Both the position numbers and the translations under genes were made by a program. The notes below the pieces were generated by a model. The model searched no databases, had not been told where the DNA came from, and was given only the letters and a program-made list of their open reading frames with translations. From the NCBI GenBank assembly GCA_038087875.1, contig JAXLNO010000446.1, forward strand, positions 372,001 through 436,000: DNA of 64,000 bases, written 5' to 3'. The stretch's first letter is position 1. Each line of letters opens with the position of its first letter. The stretch comes from Malacoraja senta (lineage: Eukaryota). Positions 51,686 to 61,868 of this stretch are shown in pieces.

Positions 51686-53268
51686 GTAGAAAGCAGTTAA
51701 AGAAAAGGTAGAGCAAGGCAGGATTACAGGACTGCAGTGAGCTGCTGCTTAGTTTACCATTCCTGCGGCACAAACCAGCACAGTCGTGGAGGAAGTTGCT
51801 CATTCCCTCCTGCTTTGCACAGACAACGTTTGCAGCTACAATTCCTGGAAAATCTTTGTTAAAGTCTCTGGTAAACAGTCAGAAATATTTCCCCAGAGGG
51901 CTGACAGATATGAAGGATGATCCAGAAAGCTATAAATTCCAATGATAGCACGGTGGTGCAGCGGTAGAGTTGCTGCCTCACAGCGCCAGAGACACAGGGT
52001 CCATCCTGACTACGGGTGCTGTCTGTATGGAGTTTGCACGTTCTCCCCGTGACCAAGTGGGTTTTCTCCGAGATCTTTGGTTTCCTCCCACACTCCAAAA
52101 ACGTGCAGGTTTGTAGGTTAATTGGCTCGGTATATACGTAAAACGTTGTCCCTAGTGTAGGTTGGTGTTAATGTGCGGGGATCACTGGTCGGTGCGGACC
52201 CGGTGGGCCTGTTTACGCACTCTATCTCTAAACTAAACTAATAGCCAGCTGCTTGTAGCAAGCACGAGAAACAACACGGAACCGGATTCCATGGTTCCTT
52301 TTCCTACATTTATTTACATTTTGCCCATTCGGGCGAGTATAGCAGAGAAACTATACGACAAATATCGGAACGTGAAGACAATGAACATACAACTGATGGG
52401 TGGACCAACTCACGGTGTGGCACCGTGGTAGAGTTGCTGCCTCACAGTGCCAGAGACCTGGGTTCCATCCTGACTACGGGTGCTGTCAGTACAGAGTTCG
52501 TACCTTCTCCGCATGGGTTTTCTCCGGGTGCTCCGGTTTCCTCCCACACTCCAAAGATGTACAGGTCAGTAGGTTAATTGTAAATTGTCCCCAGTGTATG
52601 TGAGATAGTTAGTGTGCAGGGATCGCTGGTCGGGGCAGACTCGGTGGGGCGAAGGGCCTGTTTCCACCCTGTATCTCTAAACTAAATTAAGCTCAAACGT
52701 GGGTTGAATTGGTCTTCAGCAGCATGATAATTTTTCTTTGATTCTACAAAGAGATTTCAGCTCGGCTGCACGAGTAACTGCTAAATAAACAATCTTTACT
52801 TTAGACTTTAGACACAGCGTGGAAACAGGCCCTTCAGCCCATTGACTCTGTGCTGACCAGCAATAACCCAGTGCACTAGCACTATCACACACTAGGGGGG
52901 CAATTTTATGACTTGCCATAGCCAATTAACCCACAAACCTGCATGTCTTTGGAGTGTGGGAGGAAACCGGAGCACCCGGGGCAACCCCACGCTGTCACAG
53001 GGAGAACGTACAAACTCCGCACAGACAGCACCCGCAGTCAGGGAACCCGGGTCTCTGGTGCTGTGAGGCAGCAGCTCTACCTGCTGCGCCATCGAGCCGC
53101 CCTTAATCAATATAAAAATCGCTGAGAGTTTGAGAAGCACAGGTAGTTACTGACAAGCTCCTAAAACACTTGCTATATTCATTAAATACAGGAATTATTT
53201 GGACAACTAATCAATGTCCAAAACTTCACATGTTCTGCTTCCTTGATGCAAGAATATTCAAAGGATAT
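51686..53268 (-). other. SPCS3: U12-type (minor spliceosome) AT-AC intron 2 of SPCS3, 1583 nt
   Basis: 5' end ATATCCTTT (53268-53260), branch-point-like TTCTTTAAC (51704-51696), terminal AC (51687-51686). The junction restores GCA-G/AT-CTG = A-D-L. Confidence 0.93.
51948..53100. mobile_element. Three SINEs inside the SPCS3 U12 intron (+, +, -)
   Basis: Copies at about 51948-52240 (+), 52410-52690 (+) and 52800-53100 (-). Confidence 0.9.
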
Positions 53269-53342
53269 CTGCAGACAGATCAAACGTGATCAATCCCAAG
53301 TCACTTCTTTCTCGAGGTCCTGTGAAATCTTCCACATTTTTC
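53269..53342 (-). CDS. SPCS3: Signal peptidase complex subunit 3, exon 2
   Basis: 74 nt, acceptor tgttgcag|, encodes [24 protein letters not shown](D), followed by U12-type donor |ATATCCTTT. Confidence 0.96.
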
Positions 53343-53767
53343 CTGCAACAGAAATTATATGATTAGTTATTCCATAAAGCGTATTAGAGATATTTTTTAA
53401 ATGATTAAAGTCAGCTGCAGACTGGTGCAGCAACACAATCAGGTTTTAACTTCGCATCTCTTGGGAGCACCGCCATAAAGTCAGAAGCCCGTGGTTTCCA
53501 AACTCATTACAGCTGATGATGATATTTTATTCTCACTTGTACCTAGATAGGTGCAGTGAAATTATTTGTTTTTGCATTCAAAAGAGTCACCACAAAGTTA
53601 CAAAAAGTACTCATCCCTCCTGCCCCCACCCACAGGGTTCCCCTTAGTAGAGCTAGATAGAGCTCTTGAAGATAGCGGAGTCAGGGGATATGGGGAGAAG
53701 GCAGGCCGAATGGCCTACTCCTACATCTATTATCTATTGAATCAACTAAAGAACAGGCTATTTCAGG

Positions 53768-54610
53768 GTAGGCACAAAATGCTGGAATAACTCAGTGGGA
53801 CAGGCAGCATCTCTGGGGAGAAGGAATAGGCGACCTTTTGGGTCGAGACCCTTCTTCAGACTGATGTCAGGGGAGTGGGCTGGACAGAGATAGAATGTAG
53901 TCGGAGATCGGGTAGGTTAAGACGTTCAGTGAAACGATCGCCAAGCCTGCGCTTGGTCTCGCCGATGTACACGAGTTGACACCTGGAACAGCGGATACAG
54001 TAGATATGGTGGGAGGAGGTGCAAGTGAACCTCTGCCCCACCTGGAAAGACTGTCGGGGTCCTTGGATGGAGACGCGGGGGAGAGGTAAAAGGTCAGGTG
54101 TTGCATCAGGGGAAAGTACCAGGGGAGGGGGTGGTTTGGGTGGGAAGGGACGAGTTGACCAAGGAGTTTCGGAGGGAACGGTCTCTGCGGAAAGCAAAAA
54201 GGGGTGGAGATGTGACCAGTAGTGGGATCCCGTTGGAGGTGGCGAAAATATCGGAGGATTATATGCTGTATGCGACGGCTGATGGGGTGGCAGGTGAGGA
54301 CAAGGAGGACTCTGTCCTTGTTACGAATGGGGGAGAGGGAGTATGAGCGGAGCTGCGGGATATCGAGGAGACCCTAGTGAAGGCCTCATCTATAATGGAA
54401 GAGGGAAACCCCGTTTCCTAAATAATTAGGTCATCTCCGATGCTCTGGTTTGGAACACCTCATCCTGGGTGCAGATGTGGCGTAGACGGAGGAATTGGGA
54501 GTAGGGGATAGAGTCCTTACAGGAAGCAGGGTGGGAAGAAGTGTAGTCCAGATAGCTATGGGAGTCAGCAGGTTTGTAGTAGATGTCAACCAATAGTCTG
54601 TTTCCTGTGA
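53768..54610 (-). mobile_element. Second Penelope-like fragment, in SPCS3 intron 1
   Basis: ORFs 54426-54653 (YYKPADSHSYLDYTSSHP) and 53856-54197 (IYCIRCSRCQLVYIGETKRRLGDRF). Internally deleted. Confidence 0.88.
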
Positions 54611-54769
54611 TTGAGGCTATTTGTAGATTTTGGGGCTTTAGGGAAATTGCCATAATGTCAAGATGTATTAAGATAGTGATTTAGTTCAGCATATTCTGTT
54701 GTACTGCTGCAAGTAAGGAGTTCATTGTTTTTTTGGGACATCTGACAATAAAACACTCTAGATTGAAAT

Positions 54770-55165
54770 CAGGAGCGCAGGAGTATGAGGAGTGATCTTA
54801 TAGAGGTGTATAAAATCATGAGAGGAATAGATCGGGTAGATACACACAGTCTCTTGCCCATATTTGATGAATTGAGGACCAGAGGACATAAGTTTAAGGT
54901 GAAAGGGAAAAGATTCGATAGGAATGTGAGGGGTAACTTTTTCACACAAAGAGTGGTGGGTGTACGGAACAAGCTGTCAGATGAGGTAATCGAGGCTGGG
55001 ACTATCCTGACGTTTAAGAAACAGTTAGACAGGTACATGGATAGGACAGGTTTGGAAGGGTATGGACTAAATGCGGGCAGGTGGGACGTAGCTGGGACAT
55101 GTTGGTCGGTGTAGGCAAGTTGGGCTGAAGGGCCTGTTCCCACGCTGTATCACTCCATGACTCTA
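54770..55165 (+). mobile_element. CR1-type LINE 3' end
   Basis: MRSDLIEVYKIMRGIDRVD...NFFTQRVV...GRWD plus tail. Similar short pieces at about 1070-1360, 7040-7160, 8140-8400, 13775-14030, 15330-15905, 37280-37712, 38340-38582, 38960-39340, 40335-41008 and 48480-48960. Confidence 0.85.
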
Positions 55166-55494
55166 TCTGGGTCATAAATCTAAATTATAAAAGCTTAAGG
55201 CACAAGTTGGTTATGGTAGATTGAGAAACAACAAGGGAAACAAGCAAAAGCTAACACTTAATGGATTCAGACATCATTAATTACAAAACGGTCTTCTGAT
55301 TTTGGAAATAATCCAACAGAAAAAGTCGACCAACTGTAGTGACCAAGTATAAGAGGCAGGAAGTCATGATGCAGCTTTGTAGGACTTTGGTTAGGCTGCA
55401 TGGGGAATATTGTGTGCATTCTGGTCCCGTGTGGAGGCTTTGGAGAGGGTGCAGAGGAGGTTTACCAGAATGATGCCTGGATTAGGTGGTATTA

Positions 55495-55838
55495 ATCCTA
55501 CTGCTCCTGGAGGTACCGAGGTCTAAGCGGAAGCTCAGAGGGGATAGAGCCTTCTCTGTTGCTGCTCCGACATTATGGAACACTCTACCTTTGCACATTA
55601 GACAGGCCCCTTCACAGTCCATTTTCAAAACTAGTCTTAAAACCCTTTTCTATTCCTTGGCTTTTGACCCTGCATGAGACTTTGTTCCTGTTTTAGTGTT
55701 TCTATTGTTTTTTATTGTTTTTACTGTCTTTCAATGTTTTTATTGTTTAGTATTATGTTTATGATTAGTCATGTACAGCACTTTGTTGCAACAGTGGTTG
55801 TTTTAAAGTGCTCTATAAATATAGTTCAGTTCAGTTCA
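55495..55838 (+). mobile_element. L2-clade LINE 3' end inserted in a CR1 fragment, 6-bp TSD GTATTA
   Basis: GDRAFSVAAPTLWNTLPLHIRQAPS...FKTSLKTLFYSLAF and a (GTTCA)n tail. GTATTA at 55489-55494 and 55839-55844. Confidence 0.85.
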
Positions 55839-56114
55839 GTATTAGCTACATGGACAAATCAAGCAGACTTGGATTGTTTTCTTTGTAAAAAAAGGATGCG
55901 GGGAGACGACAAAAGTATATTTATCGGGATACATCATAGTTTGGTTTGGGAATCGTTCCATGCAAGATGGGAAGAAATTCCAGAGAATTGTGGAGGCAAC
56001 CTAGACCATCACACAAACCAACCACCGTTCCATCAGGGTTAGGGTTAATGACTTCTCTAACTTCAGATAGCCCTTGCTTTCTCTCTCCATCCTGCCCCCT
56101 CCCCTGACATCAGT

Positions 56115-56142
56115 CTGAAGAAGGGTCTCGACCCGAAACGTC
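56115..56142 (+). ncRNA. Minimal hammerhead-ribozyme-like motif in a solo Penelope tail
   Basis: CTGAAGA-A-GGGT-CTCG-ACCC-GAAAC-GTC: catalytic boxes CUGANGA and GAAA, a 4-bp stem II and a GUC cleavage triplet. Confidence 0.65.
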
Positions 56143-56731
56143 ACCCATTCCTTCTCTCCAGAGATGCTGCCTGACCCGCTGAGTTACTCCAGCATTTTGT
56201 GTCTACCACCCTTCCATTGACTCTTCAGTGTACAAAGTAGTGCAATTCCATTCCTATAGCTTTCTCGTATGCTTTGCAAATGTTGCCTTTCCTCATGTTG
56301 CGTGTTTCGTTAGTGATCAGTAGTGAATGTGCACCGATCCACAACTCAAACATTATCATAAAATGTAATCAAACAAAATTCTGAGATGGGCAAGGAAAAG
56401 AATTAACTCGCCGAAAAATCGGACATTATTACAACGTACAAAATCTGTCGATACTAACCATCCCAAATTAAATTAGCTCCTTTGCAAACTAAATAATAGA
56501 CACAAGACAAAGGAACAGCAAACCCTGAGGCTATAGTTTTCTTCAATTATTGAGCTCTGCAGGTGGCAACGTTACAACTGTATTCACATTAAACATTGTC
56601 TTCCAGTAATTACTACCTTGTATTTACAACATTCAGACATCAACAATATGTTGTTCTACTCTCAATACAACAGCAATTACACAGCAAGGAAACAATACCG
56701 GCCCTTGTCACCGAGGCAACATCTGAACAAT

Positions 56732-57247
56732 ACAGGACTGCCAACATTGGGTGAGAGTTGAGAGTGAGAAATTGCGAGGGAGCGTGGCGACCGTGGGGGG
56801 GGGGGGGGGGGGGAGAGTTGTGTCCCCCCCTCCCACGGTAGGGAACTTTCACATTTTGCAGCTTGAAATTGTGCAATCTGGTGCATACTGTCGCGAGTCT
56901 TTTAGCTTACATTTGAATGCAACATTTATGCTTTAAATTCGATTAGGTATGAAAAAAGATTAGGCTAAATTACATTCCTAATTACATTCCACAGTAGAGC
57001 CAGGCTCTGATCAACAGGTGCAGCACACGAATGACCTTAGTATATTCTTGTATGGAAATCAGATTATAATTCATGCTGTTATGCAAATATATATATAGAG
57101 AAAAAAACCCAGAGAAACAAGGCAAGAGTCTGCACAAATAAATCAATCAACTTTACCCTTTGACTATAGAAGCAAGATAAAAATAATGCCACATATTCAA
57201 TCATATATGGTTCAATGAACTTAAGATATATATGTAAAACATATATA
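56732..57247 (+). mobile_element. Probable non-autonomous DNA transposon fragment
   Basis: Starts CAGGACTGCCAAC (hAT-like end) followed by GTGAGA subterminal motifs. Similar motifs recur at 58860-58900. No second TIR seen. Confidence 0.45.
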
Positions 57248-58188
57248 TGGAAACAGGCCCTTCAGCCCACCAAGTCCACACCGATCAGCAATCTACCATA
57301 TACCAGTTCCATCCTACATGCCAGGGACAATTTACAGGTCAATTAACCTACAAACCTGCACTTCTTTCGGATGTGGGAGAAACCGGAATATCCAGAGAAA
57401 ACCCATGTGGTAGTAAGGCAGCAACTCTACCACTGCGCCACCGTGCCGCCCCATTACATTATTTTTTCTTTAATATAATTATTATGGTGTCACATCAATA
57501 AAGATGAACATATGATTCTGATTTCTGCCCTTAGTTGGATAACACATATCTCCATTCATTGTGTTTTATGGCTGGTTTTCAACCTCTTCAGTCTGAAGGT
57601 CTCAACCCGAAACATCACCCATTCTTTCTCTCCAGAGATGCTGCTTGTCCTGCTGAGATTTTCTAGTTTTTAGTGTCTATCGTCCGTTTTAACCAGCATC
57701 TGCAGTTCTTTCCTACACTCTTTGTTAAGCGAAACAGGTCCTATTCTCATAATATTATTCTTCAATTTGAAAAAAAAAAATCTTCTTCAAAGTGAAAAAA
57801 AAATTCCAGCCCCGCCAACATCTTCATAAATCACCCCTGGATCCTCTCCAGAGCAATTGCACCCTTTCTACAATGTGTCATAGTCTTACAGCATGGAAAC
57901 AGGCCCTTCATCCCAACTTGTCCATGCAGATCAAGATGCCCCATCTAAACTAGTAATAATAGATTTTATTTATGGGTGCCTTTCACAAAGTCTCAAGGAC
58001 ACCTTACAAAGTTTAACAAATAGTGTAGAAACATATAAGCGGAATGAAATAAATAGCAAATACATCACCAGAACACAAATTAAAGATAGAATTAAATCCA
58101 AAAACAAAAATCAAAAACACAATATGTTTTTTATCCATATCCGCATTTGGCCCAATTATCCGCATTTGGCCCATATCCCTTTAAACCT

Positions 58189-58196
58189 TGTGTGTG

Positions 58197-58232
<36 letters not shown>

Positions 58233-58239
58233 TGTGTGT
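58189..58239. repeat. (TG)n microsatellite
   Basis: Directly visible, joining a truncated LINE tail to the CpG-rich block. Confidence 0.95.
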
Positions 58240-58700
58240 CAGTGAAGCGGCGACAACGTCCGGAGTGAGCGGAGACTTGGCGATGCCCGGGGAGCGTTTC
58301 CTTCTCTCCCCCCCTCCCCCATCTCTTCCCCCCCCCCCCTCTCGGGAATGCAGGCCGGCCCAGGTGCTCTGTGTCCAGCTGAGGTCCGGGGGAGGTGATG
58401 GTCAGTGACCCGGGGGTCAGGCATCGGAGAGAAGCCTTAACCCAAGATTCATCCCCGCGGGACCTACGCCCCCCACTTAACCGGTCCGCTCCTGGCTCCG
58501 GGCCGGGGTTAAAACTCCATGGGGTGTGGACAGAGCGGCCGCCGGACACAGAGCCACCGGAGGTGAGGGTGGGAGGTGTGAGCGGTGCCCCGGGGGGGGG
58601 GGGGGGTCGGTGCTGGGACCACCGCCGTGTCTCACCTATCACACCATCTGCACAGGAGAAACGACACTTTTTTTCCCCCAAATCATCCCGCGGGCCGGTA
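58240..58700. promoter_or_regulatory. CpG-island-like unique sequence, candidate promoter region upstream of SPCS3
   Basis: GC- and CpG-rich, not matching the repeat families seen here, about 5 kb upstream of SPCS3 exon 2 in the gene's orientation. Confidence 0.5.
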
Positions 58701-59764
58701 GTTTGACAGCCCTGCTTTAAACCAATGCCCTCTACTTCTTGAATTACACATCTCGGGAAAAAAGTCTATGCATTCACCTTATATTCCCCTCATGGTTTTT
58801 ACTCACCTCTAAAACAATTTTTGCTTGATTTTGAACTTCCAGCACCTTCAGATATTTGAGCGTGAGAAATTTGTGATCAGCGTGAGCGTGAGAATTTTGT
58901 GAAATGCCCAGACAATATATCTCCACTACTTCTCACATTTCAAGAATTCATATCTACTCCCTTACTAATAAAATCTGTCATTTACGTAGAAGACAGAGCA
59001 GTCTGGTGACACAGCAGGGGGACACTGCCAGAGACCCGGGTTCCATCCTGACTACGAGTGCTGTCTGTACAGAGTTTGTACGTTCTCCCTGTGACCTGCG
59101 TGGGTTTTCTCCGGTTTCCTCCCCCACTCCAAAGACGTACAGGTTTGTAGGTTAATTGGCTTGGTGCAAATGTATATTTGTCCCTAGTGTGTGTAGGATA
59201 GTGTTAATGTGTGGGGATCGCTAGTCGGTGCGGACTCGGTGGGCAAAAAAAAGGTCCCGTTTCCACGCTGTTTCTCTAAACTCAAGTAAAATTTCCACCA
59301 GCAAATATTGGTAAGGCTTGTCAGCATCAAGAGTTTTTGTCAGATTTTATAAAGCAGAACTGACAACTCAGTGTTCAAGGCTGCAAGGTGCTCCAACAGA
59401 TTGTTTGTTGCTCCAGATTTCAGGATCCACTCTCTCCGTTCCAGACAGGAAGTTTACACAAATAAAGAAAAGGCACATAGTGGGTGTGGCGTGTTTCTAA
59501 CACTATCACTATCCTACACGCTGGATTTTGTGTGTGGCTTTGCACAGGTGTGAAAGCTAAAGGCATACACTGGTGATGATGTCATTGAGAGAGGAGAGAG
59601 GAGAGCAGAAGCATTTCTCCATGTTCAAGAAGGAATTGCAGATGCTGGAGAAACTCAGTGGGTGCGGCAGCATCTATGGAGCCGAAACCCTTCTTCAGAC
59701 TGAAGCATTTCTCCATGACTCCACTCGGCTCGTTTTCGTTTTACACAGTGGTGGCTGCCAGGAG

Positions 59765-61135
59765 TAGCGGTGGGGGTGGGGGGCTGCGAGTCGGCCGCCC
59801 TGCCAGCAGCGTGTCCGTTATTTAGACATTATTTTTTTGGGGGGTTTGTCTAAGTGTTTGTTTTGGGTGTGTCTTGTGTGGGGGAAGGGGGAAACCGTTC
59901 TTCAGTTACCTTCGACGGAGAGGCGACTTTCTTCATGTCGCTTCTCTGCCTCCCATCTTGCGGCCTAACAGCTTGGATTGGAGCGGCCTTTCCTGGAGTC
60001 GGGCCCGGAGCATCAGCAGTGCGCGCAGCGTGGACTTTTTCCATCACGGAGCGGGTGAACCCTTGCCGGGGGGTCACCAGAGAGGAGTGCTCCGATCGCT
60101 GGTCCGCAGACTACGACATCCTGAAGCCGCGGTCAGCGGAGCTTCTAACTGCGGGCACGGCATCGCGGAGTCTGTGATCCCTTGCCGGGGATCGCTGGAG
60201 AAGAGCGCCGATCGCTGGTCTGCGGCCCATAACATCCTGAAGCCGCGGACTCTGGGAGGAAAGTGCCGATTCGGGCACTCCATGCCGCGGAGTGTGTTCG
60301 ACCGTTCATGGCCCCTACCACGAATGGTATGTTAGCATTCATAGCAAAAGGATTTGAGTATAGAAGAATGGAGGTTCTACTGCAGTTGTACAGGGTCTTG
60401 GTGAGACCACACCTGGAGTATTGCGTACAGTTTTGGTCTCCTAATCTGAGGAAAGACATTCTTCCCATAGAGGGAGTGCAGAGAAGGTTCACCAGACTGA
60501 TTCCTGGGATGGCAGGACTTTCATATGAAGAAAGACTGGATAGACTCGGCTTGTACTCGCTAGAATTTAGAAGATTGAGGGGGGATCTTATAGAAACTTA
60601 CAACATTCTTAAGGGGGTGGACAGGCTAGATGCAGGAAGATTGTTCCCGATGTTGGGGAAGTCCAGAACAAGGGGTCACAGTTTAAGGATAAGGGGGAAA
60701 TCTTTTAGGACCGAGATGAGAAAAACATTTTTCATACAGAGAGTGGTGAATCTCTGGAATTCTCTGCCACAGAAGGTAGTTGAGGCCAGATCATTGGCTA
60801 TATTTAAGAGGGAGTTAGATGTGGCCCTTGTGGGTAAAGCTATCAGGGGGTATGGAGAGAAGGCAGGTACAGGATACTGAGTTGGATGATCAGCCATGAT
60901 CATATTGAATGGCGGTGCAGGCTCGAAGGGCCGAATGGCCTACTCCTGCACCTATTTTCTATGTTTCTATGAAGGAGGGAGGATTGGCTGAACTTTGTGC
61001 CTTCCACCACAGTGAAGAACGCTGTGGTGGATGTCTGTGTTAAATCTTATTGTGTATTGTGTGTTCTTTTTAAGTGTATCGCTGCTGGCAAATTCATTTC
61101 CCTGCACCTTCAGGTGTATGTGACGAATAAAATTG
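59765..61135 (+). mobile_element. GC-rich interspersed repeat, copy D, split by the CR1 piece at 60320-60969
   Basis: 5' part shares ggagaggcgactt and ggcctaaca with copy C. The 3' part resumes at 60970 with tgtgccttccaccacagtga...gctgtggtggatg and AATAAA. Confidence 0.75.
60320..60969 (+). mobile_element. 5'-truncated, well-preserved CR1-type LINE 3' end
   Basis: Open frame NGMLAFIAKGFEY...GEKAGTGY* followed by the typical tail ending ctatgtttctat. Confidence 0.92.
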
Positions 61136-61840
61136 ATACGATAGTGATGCTTAAGAGGTTTTTTCATAGGCACATGGATACGCAGGGAACGGAGGAATAT
61201 GTTCATGTGCAGGCAGAGGAGACTAGTTTAAACTTGGCATCATGTTCGGCACAGACATTGCGGGCCGAAGGGCCTGTTCCTGCGCTGTGTTGTTCTATTT
61301 TCAGACCGGCTTACTCCTGTTTCCACCAAGTCCCAATGATGTCTGTTACTGCTGTTTACTTCCCATGCTTATTAGGTCAAGCTTTTGGTAGTTATTATCA
61401 GTTAATTCTATATTGTTTACAGGTAGTTAAATTGCCACACCAGGTATTGTTTTCAGGAGTGGTGCAGTGGTAGAGTTGTTGCCTCACAGCACCAGAGAGT
61501 GGGATTCAATCCTGACTATGGCTGCTGTCTGTACCAAGTTTGTAAACTCTCCCGGGTTTTCTCCAGATTCCTCTAGCACTCCAAAGTACGGGTTTGTAGG
61601 TTAATTGGATTTGATAAAATTGCTAAATTGGCCCTAGTGTGTAGGATCGTACCAGTGTACGGGGTGATCGCTGGTCAGCATGGACTCGTTGGGCCGAAAA
61701 GCCTATTTACGTGCTAGATCTCTAAAAGTAGAAGGTAGTAAATTATTACCATCAGTCCAATCTTCATCCAATGAAAGGTAGACAAAAATGCTGGAGAAAC
61801 TCAGCGGGTGAGGCAGCATCTATGGAGAGAAGTAATTGGC

Positions 61841-61868
61841 GACGTTTCGGGTCGAGACCCTTCTTCAG
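61841..61868 (-). ncRNA. Minimal hammerhead-ribozyme-like motif in a solo Penelope tail
   Basis: Reverse complement is identical to the 56115-56142 core. Confidence 0.65.
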
